Positions 8,897 to 18,930 are shown, counted from the stretch's first letter. The stretch: 64,000 bases of DNA from an uncultured Porphyromonadaceae bacterium (GCA_900548975.1 URMS01000008.1:13397-77396); one strand, 5' to 3'. The notes: a model not told the origin generated them from the letters alone. Translations and numbers: made by a program.

Positions 8897-9652
8897 ATGA
8901 AATTAGTGTCTTGGAATGTGAATGGCCTGCGCGCCATCATGGGCAAAGGCTTTGCCGAAGTTTTCGACGCAATGAATGCAGATGTTTTTTGTGTTCAGGA
9001 AATAAAACTGCAGGAAGGTCAGCTCGACCTCGCCTTCGACGGATATACCTCCTATTATAGCTATGCCGAGCGCAAGGGCTACTCGGGCACCGCTACATTC
9101 TCGCGTTCCAAGGCCCTGGGCGAGCAGCACACTATCGGTGTGGAGCGTCACGACCACGAGGGTAGGGTAGTGGTGCTCGAGTACGAGAATTTCTATTTAA
9201 TTAATGTGTATACGCCCAATTCGCAGAGCGAACTGGCGCGGCTCGACTACCGTATGGACTGGGAAAACGAGTTTCTCGGCTTCGTCAAAAAACTCGATGC
9301 CGTGAAACCGGTGATAATATGCGGCGATATGAATGTGGCTCACAACGAGATAGACCTTGCCAATCCCCGCACCAACCGCAACAATGCCGGCTTCACCGAC
9401 AGCGAGCGCGAGTGTTTCGGTCGTCTTCTCGATGCCGGCTTCGTCGATTCGTTCAGGCATCTTCATCCTGACCGGAAGGATGCCTACAGCTGGTGGAGCT
9501 ACCGTGGCCGCGCCCGCGAGAAGAATGTGGGCTGGCGTATCGATTATTTCGTTGTGTCGCAGCGTATAGCCGACCGTATTGTCAGCGCAGACATTCATCC
9601 CGACATCACAGGCTCCGATCACTGCCCTGTGAGCATAGTTATAGAACTCTGA
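8897..9652 (+). CDS. xth: Exodeoxyribonuclease III / AP endonuclease
   Basis: SWNVNGLRA, QEIK, GYSGTA, YTPNS, GDMNVAH, YSWWSYR, GWRIDY, GSDHCP. Promoter TTTG(8846)-N20-TAATTTTG(8870). Confidence 0.95.
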   Translation: MKLVSWNVNGLRAIMGKGFAEVFDAMNADVFCVQEIKLQEGQLDLAFDGYTSYYSYAERKGYSGTATFSRSKALGEQHTIGVERHDHEGRVVVLEYENFYLINVYTPNSQSELARLDYRMDWENEFLGFVKKLDAVKPVIICGDMNVAHNEIDLANPRTNRNNAGFTDSERECFGRLLDAGFVDSFRHLHPDRKDAYSWWSYRGRAREKNVGWRIDYFVVSQRIADRIVSADIHPDITGSDHCPVSIVIEL

Positions 9653-9655
9653 CGG

Positions 9656-10600
9656 TCATAGCCGCGCCACCAGAGCCGATATGCGCCGCCCTGAGTAGCT
9701 GACAAGTGCACCGAGCCTGTTTTTGAAGCGGACTTCGGGGTCGGTGAGTATTGCCCGGCGTTCATGTCGGATCATGTCGAAACAGCGGTCGGCAAGCGTC
9801 GGGTCGTTGTGGCGCACGGCCTCCACGAACATGTTGTAGAAGGCACTGAAGCGGCGGCTGCGCGCTGCCGGCAGCAGTGCGGGGTATTGCGAGGCGATGA
9901 AGTCGCAGATCATGCCGGTGGCGCGCAGAGTGTCGGCTCGCCGCGGGTGCCATGTGCTGATGAAGCTCGTCGGATTGTGACGGTAAAAGTATACAGGGCA
10001 GTCGCTTACCGCGATTGTGTGGCACCGCGCGTAGAGTCGTGGCGTTATTTCGAGATCTTCGTAGTATAATCCCGACGTGAAGCGCTCGTGTCCGAAGAGT
10101 TCACGCCGGTAAAGCTTGGCACACATGGTGGGTGTGAAGCCACGCTTCTGGTAAAGGAGGCTTTCGATGGCTTTTTCAGCCGGTACCGACTCGAAAACGG
10201 CCTCGCGCGGCCATGTGGCCGGTTTTGCTATGCGCCGGACAAACCCGGCACACGCTATGTCGCAGCCCGGCATCTGTCCGAGCAGTATTTCCATCGCCGC
10301 TGGGGCATAGGTGTCATCGGCATCGCAGAAAGCTATATATGTGCCTGTGGCGGCGTCAAGCCCTACATTCCGCGCCGCGGCCTGTCCTTCGTTTTCCTTA
10401 TGTATGTATCGGAACATACCGGGATTTCTCCTGGCATATTCCCTGCATATGGCGCCGCTGCTGTCGGTCGAACCGTCGTCGATGCATATCACCTCGATAT
10501 CGCGGACCGTCTGCGCTGCAAGGCTGTCGAGGCATTCGCGCAGATAGGGCCCGGCGTTGTACACCGGCACGATGATAGATATCAGCGGCTTGGAACTCAT
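9656..10600 (-). CDS. Glycosyltransferase family 2
   Basis: True start MSSKPLISIIVPVYN at 10600; IDDGSTD, ARNVGL, FCDADD, YEDL motifs. Confidence 0.9.
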   Translation of the reverse strand: MSSKPLISIIVPVYNAGPYLRECLDSLAAQTVRDIEVICIDDGSTDSSGAICREYARRNPGMFRYIHKENEGQAAARNVGLDAATGTYIAFCDADDTYAPAAMEILLGQMPGCDIACAGFVRRIAKPATWPREAVFESVPAEKAIESLLYQKRGFTPTMCAKLYRRELFGHERFTSGLYYEDLEITPRLYARCHTIAVSDCPVYFYRHNPTSFISTWHPRRADTLRATGMICDFIASQYPALLPAARSRRFSAFYNMFVEAVRHNDPTLADRCFDMIRHERRAILTDPEVRFKNRLGALVSYSGRRISALVARL

Positions 10601-12045
10601 TTTATTATCACCGGTATGGATGCCTCCGACTGGTTGTTGACACGGTCGATGGCCGTGACCACGTATACGCCGGGGCGTGTCGGGTTGTAGCGCATTTCGG
10701 GCGTCACAGCCACTATGTTCGCACCCGATTCGATGTCGATTTCTTCGGGGCTTTCGAAACGGTATACGGCGAAGCGCACTGCATCGCCGGTTTTGCCTTC
10801 GGGAATGCCGGCGGTCCATACTATGGTCTTGTCGGCTTCGACACTCATGTCGGTCGGCGCATCGGGGGCGGTGTCGCCCAGCCACGTACATGCAGGCGGA
10901 AGCGCTATGGCGCGCTGATAGTTTGTGGCGAGCGAATCGGCTACGCCGCCGGCATTGCGTGTGAGCGAGTAGCCGGGCCACCAGCAGTTACCCGATATGT
11001 TTGGCAGATCGCGTACGTATGCCATTTTTTCGGCAAGTTCGCCTTTTTTCATGGTGCGTTCCACATCCTGACCGATGTAGAGATGGCGGTTGCGGCCGGC
11101 ATTGTCGTTCCACCATTTCACCAGAACCCGGTAGGAGGCCGCTTTATGGTCGAGTTCCCAGTAAAGCTGCGGAAGCAGATAGTCGATCCATCCTTTTTCC
11201 TCCCAGAGAAGTACGTCGGCATAGAGGGCGTCGTAGTTCTGCAGCCCGTTGGTGTCGCTGCCGCGCGGGTCGGTTTTCTTGTTGCGCCATATGCCGAAAG
11301 GACTGATGCCGAAACGCACCCATGGTTTGAGCTTCTTGATAGAGGCATTCACCTGCTCGATAAGCAGATCGACGTTGTGGCGGCGCCAGTCATCGAGTTT
11401 CATTCCTTTGCCGTACTTTTTGAAGGAAGCGGCATCGGGGAACGGCTTGCCGGCGACAGGGTAGGGGTAGAAATAGTCGTCGAAGTGTATGGCATCGACG
11501 TCGTAACGTGCCACAATGTCCTCTACCACACGGCATATGAATTCGCGGTTTTCGGGCAGCGCGGGGTTGAAATAGAGTTTTCCGTCGTAGCGCACGAACC
11601 GTTCGGGATGCTTGTGGTAGATGTGGCTCTTGGGCAGCGTCTGTTTCGACGAACTCGTCACTCGGTAGGGGTTGAGCCATGCGTGCAGCTCCATGCCGCG
11701 AGCATGAGCCTCGGCAACCATGAATTCGAGGGGGTCCCAGTAGGGCGACGGCGCTTTTCCGTCATCGGTGAGGAAACGGCTCCAGGGCTCGAGTTTGCTG
11801 TCGTAGAAAGCATCGGACTGCGGTCTGACCTGGAAGAGGATGGCGTTGACGCCCATATTCTGAAGGCTGTCGAGCTGCGAGCGAAGATAGGTCTTGCACT
11901 TCTCGGTGCCCATGCTTTTGTATTGGTTCTGGTACACTGTGTGCATCCAGGCGCCGCGGAATTCGCGACCCGGAGTCGCGCCATGGGCGGCAATGGCGAT
12001 GCCCAGGGCGGTAAGTATGAGTAAGATACGTATTTTCACCAGCAT
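10597..12045 (-). CDS. Exported glycoside hydrolase, GHL10/DUF187 family (YddW/DigH-like)
   Basis: REFRGAW, FQVRP.SDAFY, HAWLNPYR, DAIHFDDYFYPYP, GISPFGIW, WIDYLLPQLYW; signal peptide; C-terminal FN3-like segment. Confidence 0.88.
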   Translation of the reverse strand: MLVKIRILLILTALGIAIAAHGATPGREFRGAWMHTVYQNQYKSMGTEKCKTYLRSQLDSLQNMGVNAILFQVRPQSDAFYDSKLEPWSRFLTDDGKAPSPYWDPLEFMVAEAHARGMELHAWLNPYRVTSSSKQTLPKSHIYHKHPERFVRYDGKLYFNPALPENREFICRVVEDIVARYDVDAIHFDDYFYPYPVAGKPFPDAASFKKYGKGMKLDDWRRHNVDLLIEQVNASIKKLKPWVRFGISPFGIWRNKKTDPRGSDTNGLQNYDALYADVLLWEEKGWIDYLLPQLYWELDHKAASYRVLVKWWNDNAGRNRHLYIGQDVERTMKKGELAEKMAYVRDLPNISGNCWWPGYSLTRNAGGVADSLATNYQRAIALPPACTWLGDTAPDAPTDMSVEADKTIVWTAGIPEGKTGDAVRFAVYRFESPEEIDIESGANIVAVTPEMRYNPTRPGVYVVTAIDRVNNQSEASIPVIIK

Positions 12046-13439
12046 TCTGTTTTATCTGCTATTTCGGGAATGGTTTCTTTATGATATACAGGATCGATGC
12101 CGCGGCGCCGCTGAGAGCGGTAGTCATCGAGGCAGCGCCGGGCAAAATGGCCCAGCAGCAGTATTGCCACTATGTTGCAAAGCGTCATGAGCGCCATGGT
12201 GATGTCGGCGAGCGCCCACACCAGACTGAGCGATGCTACCGAACCGATGGCCACCATGGCCGCCGAGAGGAGTCTGAGGATGGTATGCGAGCCGCGGAAC
12301 CGGCCTATGAAGTCGGTGTTGTTTTCGCCGTAGTAGTAGTTCGCCACTATGCTGGTGAATCCGAAGAGCACTATGGCCACGGCTACAAATATGGTGGCGG
12401 CGGTGCCGACTTCGCCCACAAGCGCTGTCTGTGTCAGTTCGATGCCGGTGAGGCCGCTGTCGAAGACTCCGCTGCAGAGGATGATGAATGCCGTAGCTGT
12501 GCACACCAACAGGGTGTCGGTGTACACTCCGAGTGTCTGGATAAGGCCCTGTTTCACCGGGTGCGACACATCGGCTGTGGCGGCAGCATTGGGAGTGGAG
12601 CCTTCGCCGGCCTCGTTGCTGAACAGGCCGCGCTTCACACCCATTATCATGGCCATGCCGATGCCTCCCGCGGCTGCCGGCCCGATGCCGAAGGCATTTT
12701 CCAGAATCATCCGCATCACATGCGGGAAATAGCCTATTCTGACCACGACCACGTATAATGCGAGCAGCAGATAGAATACGGCCATTATCGGCACCACAAT
12801 CTCGTTGATGCGCGCTATGCGCTGTATGCCTCCCCATATTACGGCGAGTGTGAGGGCAGTGAGTATAACGCCGGTGACCGCCGGCTCAATGCCGAAGCTG
12901 TTGTCGAGGGCGATGGCTATGGTATTGGACTGCACCGAGTTGAATGCAAGCGCAAAAGTGATGGTGATGAGCACGGCAAATGTGCGGGCATACCACATCT
13001 TGCCTATACCTTTGCTGATGTAGTAGGCCGGTCCGCCGCGGAAGGAATTCTCGCCCCGTACCTTGAAGAGCTGTGCGAGTGTCGATTCCACGAAAGCATT
13101 GGCCGAGCCGAGGAATGCCACCACCCACATCCAGAATACCGCCCCGGGGCCTCCGAGTGCTATGGCTATCGCCACGCCTGCGATGTTGCCGGTGCCGACA
13201 CGGCTTGCCAGCGACACCGCGAACGCCTGAAACGAGCTGATGCGGCGCCCCGGGCTTCCTTTTCCGGCCGAGGCATCGTATCGGCCTCCGGAGCGTAGCA
13301 GCAGACGCAGCATTTCGCCTATCATGCTGAATTGTACACCTCTTAGGCGGACGGTAAAGTATAGTCCGGCGCCAAGGAGCACGGCTACCAGAATGTAGGT
13401 CCAGAGAAAATCGTTGATGGTGTCGATGATACCGTTCAC
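12036..13439 (-). CDS. Alanine/glycine:cation symporter (AGCS family)
   Basis: SSFQA, RVGTGNIAGVA, GGPGAVFWMW, GGPAYY, RGLFSNEAGEGS. Confidence 0.93.
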   Translation of the reverse strand: MNGIIDTINDFLWTYILVAVLLGAGLYFTVRLRGVQFSMIGEMLRLLLRSGGRYDASAGKGSPGRRISSFQAFAVSLASRVGTGNIAGVAIAIALGGPGAVFWMWVVAFLGSANAFVESTLAQLFKVRGENSFRGGPAYYISKGIGKMWYARTFAVLITITFALAFNSVQSNTIAIALDNSFGIEPAVTGVILTALTLAVIWGGIQRIARINEIVVPIMAVFYLLLALYVVVVRIGYFPHVMRMILENAFGIGPAAAGGIGMAMIMGVKRGLFSNEAGEGSTPNAAATADVSHPVKQGLIQTLGVYTDTLLVCTATAFIILCSGVFDSGLTGIELTQTALVGEVGTAATIFVAVAIVLFGFTSIVANYYYGENNTDFIGRFRGSHTILRLLSAAMVAIGSVASLSLVWALADITMALMTLCNIVAILLLGHFARRCLDDYRSQRRRGIDPVYHKETIPEIADKTECW

Positions 13440-14191
13440 AGGATGAATGAATAAGTTGTTTTATCGAAATGCAGGCCGGGGAAAGCGCGGTCGGGGATGC
13501 CCTGGGCGATTGCGGTGTCGCGGTCGGCGGCAAGTACGCGGCCTTCGGCCTTGTCGACGGTCCACAGGATGTCGGCTGCAGCTATGGCAGAAGATACGTC
13601 GTGGGTCGAGAGGATTATCGCCTTGCCCTTGTCGGTCAGTCGGCGCAGCAGGGCGGTGATTTCGATGCGGCCGGCGACATCGAGGAAGGCGGTGGGCTCG
13701 TCGAGTATGATGAGTGGTGTGTCCTGCGCAAGAGCCCTGGCTATCATCACTTTCTGTCGCTCGCCGTCGCTGAGAGTGCCCAAGAGGCGTTTTTCCATCG
13801 AAGCCATGCCTACGGCGCGGAGCGATTCGTCGACGATGGCGCGGTCGGCGTCGGAGAGGTGCCCGAGCAGTCCGGTGTAGGGATGCCGTCCGATCTCGAC
13901 TGTTTCGCGCACGCTCAGTCCGCCACCGCCGGTGCGGTCGGTGAATACCATGGCAAGCCTGCGGGCGCGGTCGGCGGCACGCAGGCGGCCGATGTCGGTG
14001 CCGGACAGTAAAACTTTTCCGGCCAGTGGCGCCTGAGCACCCGACAGAGTGCGCAGGAGTGTGGATTTGCCGCTTCCGTTGGCGCCGATCAGGGCTGTGA
14101 AAGTGCCGGTCTCCACCGTCAGGGCCACATTGTGCAGCACTGTGTGGTGGCCGTAGCCGGCGTCGAGGGCTATGGTCTGCATTACCGTCAT
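13436..14191 (-). CDS. ABC transporter ATP-binding protein (cobalamin/iron-complex, BtuD-like)
   Basis: Start MTVMQ at 14191; GANGSGKST, LSDGERQKVMIARALAQ, LDEPTAFLD, STHD. Confidence 0.9.
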   Translation of the reverse strand: MTVMQTIALDAGYGHHTVLHNVALTVETGTFTALIGANGSGKSTLLRTLSGAQAPLAGKVLLSGTDIGRLRAADRARRLAMVFTDRTGGGGLSVRETVEIGRHPYTGLLGHLSDADRAIVDESLRAVGMASMEKRLLGTLSDGERQKVMIARALAQDTPLIILDEPTAFLDVAGRIEITALLRRLTDKGKAIILSTHDVSSAIAAADILWTVDKAEGRVLAADRDTAIAQGIPDRAFPGLHFDKTTYSFIL

Positions 14192-15204
14192 GAGAAATAG
14201 ACGAGTCGGCGGCGGTTCAACAATACATAGATTATTATCGGGACGCCGATGAGCGGCGTGATGGCGTTTACCGGCAGGATCGTACCGGTGACAAGCGAAG
14301 GCGACACCGACGCTATCTGGCACACCAGCCCGAGGAGTCCGCCCGCGAGGGCTGTGGCCGGAATAAGTACCCGGTGGTTGGCGGTGCCGCACATCATGCG
14401 TGCCACATGGGGCACTACCAGTCCCAGGAAACCGATGGGGCCGCACCATGCTGTGACCACGGCCGTGAGAGCGCCCGACAGGGCCAGCAGGGCAGAGCGG
14501 GTGCGTCGTGTTGCCACGCCGGCACTCTCGGCATAGCGGGCGCCAAGGAGCATGGCATTGAGGTCTTTGGCCGCCGGTATGCAAAGCGCTGTCAGGATAA
14601 GGATGAGGATGCCGAACAGTGGCAGCCCGTCGAGCCCGACTCCCGAGAAAGTGCCCATGCCCCATATCACGAAGCTGTGGACCGAACTGTCGGATGCGAA
14701 GAAGTTGAGCAGTGAGATTGCCGATGACGACAGATAGCCTGTCAGGATGCCGATGATGAGTAGCACGTCGGCCGATCGTACCATAGTGGAAAAAAGCAAA
14801 AGGACTCCCAGCACCGCGCCCGCGCCGAGGAAGGCGCCGGCAACCAGAGCCATGCGCCCCCAGAATCCCATCATTCCGCCGAGAGCGAGCAGCACCACGG
14901 CCACGCCGAGGCTCGCACCGGTGGATATGCCCATGATCGACGGTCCGGCAAGCGGATTGTTGAAGCATGTCTGCATCAGCAGGCCTGCCACGGCAAGAGC
15001 CGCGCTGCCAAGAAGGGCAGTCGCCAGTGCGGGCACACGCGTCTCGACAACGATGAACTGCGTCGTAGCACTCCCGTTGCCGCACAGGACGTCGAATATC
15101 TCGGACATTCCCAGCTTCACGCCACCGGCCAGAAGACCGAGCGCGAACACTATAGGGATAGCTATTGCAAGAGATATGACGGATATGCGGCTGCGGCGGG
15201 TCAT
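14188..15204 (-). CDS. FecCD/BtuC family ABC permease
   Basis: GLLMQTCFNNPLAGPSIMGISTGA, LLGARYAESAGV, GPIGFLGLVVPHVAR. Confidence 0.9.
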   Translation of the reverse strand: MTRRSRISVISLAIAIPIVFALGLLAGGVKLGMSEIFDVLCGNGSATTQFIVVETRVPALATALLGSAALAVAGLLMQTCFNNPLAGPSIMGISTGASLGVAVVLLALGGMMGFWGRMALVAGAFLGAGAVLGVLLLFSTMVRSADVLLIIGILTGYLSSSAISLLNFFASDSSVHSFVIWGMGTFSGVGLDGLPLFGILILILTALCIPAAKDLNAMLLGARYAESAGVATRRTRSALLALSGALTAVVTAWCGPIGFLGLVVPHVARMMCGTANHRVLIPATALAGGLLGLVCQIASVSPSLVTGTILPVNAITPLIGVPIIIYVLLNRRRLVYFS

Positions 15205-16352
15205 CGGCCTGTCTTCTTGAAGTATTTCAATTCATATCCCGGCATGAGAGCAGGGTGGAATATTGCTACGTAGTCGGCGAGTATCTTTTCGGGATGGAAT
15301 GCCATATCATTGAATATGAGGCGTTCGGCCGAATTGCAGCTGTATATCTGTCCGTCTTTCCATGCCTTGAACGAAGTGTAGCGTGGATTCATGGCACGGA
15401 GCGATTCTGGAGTGGTTTCGTAGCCGAACGAGCGCACCAGCCAGATGTCGGCGTCGATGGCCGCTTCTGCCACGCTTTCGAGCGACAGCGCGAGCGATCC
15501 CGAACCATCGGTATCAGCCCACGGATATGACGCCCCGGCATCGGCCAGCATTGCAGCCTGATAGCTGCCTCCGGCAGGTACGTACCATATGCCCGAGACC
15601 TCGGTTTCGGTAAGGACTTCGGGCTTTTCTTCGCCCGAAAGCTTCACTTTGAGCGCGAGGTCGGAATAGTCATCGATTACATCCGAGAATATTTTGCGGG
15701 CCTCGTCGCGTTTGCCATAGAGTTCGCCCAGCAGCAGTATCCATTCCGCGCGGGCTATGGGGGTGGTCTCCATATAGTCGGCCATTTCTACAGGCACCAT
15801 GTTTTTTGGGTATATGCCCGAAGACATAGACGGATTTGGTGATCGGAGTACCGCTTCGACACCGGCTGCGGCGAGCCTCTCGACAGAGGGCGCTTCGGAT
15901 GTGCCGGCATCGACAAGTTCACGGCGCGAAAGCATCGCTCCGACGGTGTCGCCGGCCGGAAAATAGGCGGCGTCGGCTACTGCTGTGAGCGCATCGAGGG
16001 CGCCGAGTTCTTCCATTGCCGAGGTATGGACTGCCGAGAAGACCGCCGAGCGCTCCAGCGGGGTGCGGATCACTGCAACGCCGGCCGGAATATCGGCGGG
16101 GAGGACTGAGTCGTGGTCGACCAGCAGATAGCGGGCGAGAGTCTTGTTTTTATTCCATGGATCGGCGATTTCGGCCAGAGTGCTGCCGTTGCCGTAGTTC
16201 ACAAGATTGAGGAAGCGGGCATGGTGGGTGAGGGTGTCGGGAGCGGCCTCGCCGACTTCAAAACCGGTGTCGGAACGCTGCCCGCTGCAAGAGCAAAGCC
16301 CCGGAAGCGTAATCGCTGCCAGGGCTATGGCTGTATATTGTAATATGCGCAT
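15201..16352 (-). CDS. ABC substrate-binding lipoprotein (Bacteroidales BtuF-like)
   Basis: Lipobox-like LCSCS; DYMETTPIARAEWI, WYVPAGGSY, DAGASY, HPEKILAD..IFHP. Confidence 0.8.
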   Translation of the reverse strand: MRILQYTAIALAAITLPGLCSCSGQRSDTGFEVGEAAPDTLTHHARFLNLVNYGNGSTLAEIADPWNKNKTLARYLLVDHDSVLPADIPAGVAVIRTPLERSAVFSAVHTSAMEELGALDALTAVADAAYFPAGDTVGAMLSRRELVDAGTSEAPSVERLAAAGVEAVLRSPNPSMSSGIYPKNMVPVEMADYMETTPIARAEWILLLGELYGKRDEARKIFSDVIDDYSDLALKVKLSGEEKPEVLTETEVSGIWYVPAGGSYQAAMLADAGASYPWADTDGSGSLALSLESVAEAAIDADIWLVRSFGYETTPESLRAMNPRYTSFKAWKDGQIYSCNSAERLIFNDMAFHPEKILADYVAIFHPALMPGYELKYFKKTGR

Positions 16353-16846
16353 TACTCTCCGTAGGGGTTCGGACCGTACTGGTTATCGGGTACGCTCTTC
16401 TTGCACATGAGCACAATCCACCAGATTCCGAATATAAACAGAAGAATGTAAGGGAAGATCAGATTTGCAACAATCGACTGGCTGTTACGGGCGAGTTCCT
16501 GAGCAGCGGCTGCATTACCGGTGAGAAGACCGGGTGCGCTCTGGTTGAAGACGGTGACAATCCATACCAGGCAGGCTCCCATAATTATATAGAATATGAC
16601 AAGCCACCAGCCGCTCTTGCCTGTGTCGTGGAGTCGGCGGGTACCGATGGCGAGGGAGGGAATGAGGCATGCGAGGCTGAAAGCCCAGCTGATATAGGTG
16701 CCGAAAATGCCGAACATGCTGAGCACGCACGATACCAGAACCATGAACAGTACCACCCACCAGTACTCGGCGCGGGTGGAGCGCCCTTTGAAGTTGGCGT
16801 AGTTCGCGAAGAACATCTTGATAGCCGTAATGAAATCTACATTCAT
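16352..16846 (-). CDS. DUF805 family inner membrane protein (YhaH-like)
   Basis: YANFKGRSTRAEYWW, PSLAIGTRRLHDTGKSGW, NQYGPNP. Minus-strand promoter TATCTTTG at 16876-16869. Confidence 0.92.
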   Translation of the reverse strand: MNVDFITAIKMFFANYANFKGRSTRAEYWWVVLFMVLVSCVLSMFGIFGTYISWAFSLACLIPSLAIGTRRLHDTGKSGWWLVIFYIIMGACLVWIVTVFNQSAPGLLTGNAAAAQELARNSQSIVANLIFPYILLFIFGIWWIVLMCKKSVPDNQYGPNPYGE

Positions 16847-16907
16847 GATAATTGTTTTTTTATTTGCGCAAAGATAATGTTTTTCCTCAATATATGGCAA
16901 AAAAACT

Positions 16908-17519
16908 TCAATTATATGCAGGATAGCGCGGGAGCAGCTGCCAGGGACGGTAGGCTTCGCCGAGCGAGCGCACGGCCCGGTGCCAGTAAGGGTCGGCGCT
17001 TCCGGCGAGAATCTCGTTGGGCGTGCGTGCGGCAGGAGCCTGCGCCCAGGTGCCTTCGCGGATTTCGCGTTCGAGCTGTCCGGCGCCCCAGTTGCTGTAT
17101 CCTATGAAAAAACGCAGATTTCCTTCGGCCGGATAGCCGCTGTTGATATAGTCGAGCACCGAGTCGAAATCGCCGCCTACATACAGGCCGTTGCCGTAGG
17201 GGCGGCCGTCGGGAATGACGTCGGGGCCGAGACTGTGGATGAAATAGAGCCGGTCGAGGCCAAGCGGCCCTCCGCAGTACACGGGCTGGTCGGCGTCGGC
17301 GCTCACATTGTCGAGGAGCTCCGACAGCATGTACTCGGTGCGGTTGTTCATTACCACGCCGGTGGCGCCTTCGCCCGGAGCATAGTCGATGATCGACACT
17401 ACTCCATGGTTGAAGTACGATTCCTTGAGAAAAGGCTCCGCCACCAGAAGACCGCCGCAGTGCGGGGCGCGTTCGTCGATAGTCACGATGTGAAAAAGAC
17501 CGTTAGCTAAGTTTTTCAT
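16908..17519 (-). CDS. YqgE/AlgH family protein (DUF179)
   Basis: LLVAEPFL..SYF, GVVMN, VYCGGP, RFFIGYSNWGAGQLE. Confidence 0.9.
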   Translation of the reverse strand: MKNLANGLFHIVTIDERAPHCGGLLVAEPFLKESYFNHGVVSIIDYAPGEGATGVVMNNRTEYMLSELLDNVSADADQPVYCGGPLGLDRLYFIHSLGPDVIPDGRPYGNGLYVGGDFDSVLDYINSGYPAEGNLRFFIGYSNWGAGQLEREIREGTWAQAPAARTPNEILAGSADPYWHRAVRSLGEAYRPWQLLPRYPAYN

Positions 17520-17600
17520 CTCACAAGTGGTTGAAAGATTATACACTTCCAACACTTTGCGACATTGTTTGGTTTACGATCCGGAGTCCCGGTAATACAG

Positions 17601-17720
17601 AAAAAAGGGCTGTATCTCGCGACAGAGCCCTCTAATAATCTACAATCTATAAAAACATATATCTTATGAAAGAATTGGAGCAGGGGTTGGCTCCCAAGTC
17701 GGAGCTACTTCCCGTTTCCG
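17601..17720 (-). ncRNA. Candidate ~120-nt small RNA with its own promoter and intrinsic terminator
   Basis: Minus-strand TTTG(17755-52)-N20-TACTTTTG(17731-24); GGAGC/GCTCC hairpin; AU-rich single-stranded core; terminator GAGGGCTCTGTCGCGAGATACAGCCCTTTTTT. Confidence 0.55.
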
Positions 17721-17850
17721 ACGCAAAAGTAATAACAAAGCTTGAATTGTGCAAATATTTGTTTAAAAATTCGTCGAACTTCTCTTTTCTTTGTCTAATA
17801 GGGGCTTTCTTCGTACTTTTGCTGTCCAGTTCTATAAACCTCTGAAAGTA

Positions 17851-18705
17851 ATGATTAAATTTTTAAAAGTATTTTTCGCTTCCGCCGTATTTTGCCTCGG
17901 GCTGTCTTCGTGTCTGGGTGGCGATGACGACGCAAAACGCAGTGATTCCTTTGTAAATTGCTTCGCTTATGTCGAAGATCTGAGCGAGGCGACTTCAGCC
18001 GGATTCAACGGTTTGTCGTACAATGTGGAACTCAACTATACTAAGGGAGTCGCCACTGTGGTAATGAATCATCTGCAGGTGAGCGAAGATAAAATCTATA
18101 ACGAAGTCACCCTTTCCGGCGTTCCTTTTGCGATAACAAAAGAGGGGTGGATAGAAGTTTCGTCGAACCTCGCCGAGGGCATTGCGGCCGGACAGACCGT
18201 GAAGTTCTCCAACTTCAAACTCGCCATGTGCGACCGTGTGACTCTCGACGGTCGCTATCCCGGTTTCTATGCCCGCTTTACTGTCGATTCGAAGTACTCG
18301 GTACTTTCGGCCGTGTGGAACCAGTATCAGTTCGGCACCACAACCTCCACTTATTCGGGCGGCTCCTATTCGTCGACAGAAACCTCCTACCTCGTAGGAT
18401 TCGATATCAAGGGCGGCACCATCAATATAATGATGCGCAACACTCGCTTTGTCGACAAAATGCCTGCCATGAACATTTTGCTCGAGAAAATACCCTTCAC
18501 CATAAGCGGTACTACAGCATCTTTCCGTGTTGACGAAATTATACCCAAGATCGGCGATACTCCTTATCCCGGCTTCAAGATTACCAATCTTTCGGGATAT
18601 TACGATTTCGCCAAAGGTATGGTGATGAATTTCAATTGCAAGCCGGAGACTATGCCTTTCGACTTCTCTGTCAATGTAGACTGCAAATATACCTACGAAA
18701 ACTAA
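17851..18705 (+). CDS. Outer-membrane lipoprotein, beta-rich (possibly calycin-like domains)
   Basis: Lipoprotein signal MIKFLKVFFASAVFCLGLSSC followed by acidic LGGDDD; TACTTTTG -7 element at 17814-17821. Confidence 0.7.
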   Translation: MIKFLKVFFASAVFCLGLSSCLGGDDDAKRSDSFVNCFAYVEDLSEATSAGFNGLSYNVELNYTKGVATVVMNHLQVSEDKIYNEVTLSGVPFAITKEGWIEVSSNLAEGIAAGQTVKFSNFKLAMCDRVTLDGRYPGFYARFTVDSKYSVLSAVWNQYQFGTTTSTYSGGSYSSTETSYLVGFDIKGGTINIMMRNTRFVDKMPAMNILLEKIPFTISGTTASFRVDEIIPKIGDTPYPGFKITNLSGYYDFAKGMVMNFNCKPETMPFDFSVNVDCKYTYEN

Positions 18706-18745
18706 CCGGGCGTCCTGCCGGACCGGTCTGTTTACTGCAAAGACG

Positions 18746-18793
18746 GCGTGGCCGCGGAAATAGCTTCGGCGCTATGGTCCGTGGCCACGCTTT
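18746..18793 (+). terminator. Long stem-loop, probable terminator of the lipoprotein gene
   Basis: GCGTGGCCGCGGA...TCCGTGGCCACGC followed by TTT. Confidence 0.5.
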
Positions 18794-18922
18794 CTATATG
18801 GATTGCGCGTACGCACGGGCGCCCGTTGGCACTTTTCTCGCTTTTTCTTGTCCGGATAGTTTTAGGTGCATAACGGACAAAAGTTTTTTGGTTTCGCTTA
18901 AGGTTTATTAAAACAAAAAGCG

Positions 18923-18930
18923 TATCTTTG
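18923..18930 (+). promoter_or_regulatory. -7 element upstream of the nuo/atp super-operon
   Basis: TATCTTTG about 140 nt upstream of nuoA. Confidence 0.55.

Noticed and set aside
10601..10981. Long N-terminal extensions of GT2, and likewise of the ABC ATPase (to 15085), the GDSL esterase (to 40168) and DUF5103 (from 57469)
   Set aside because: The extensions are off-frame overlaps with upstream genes. True starts lie at the short stop/start overlaps.
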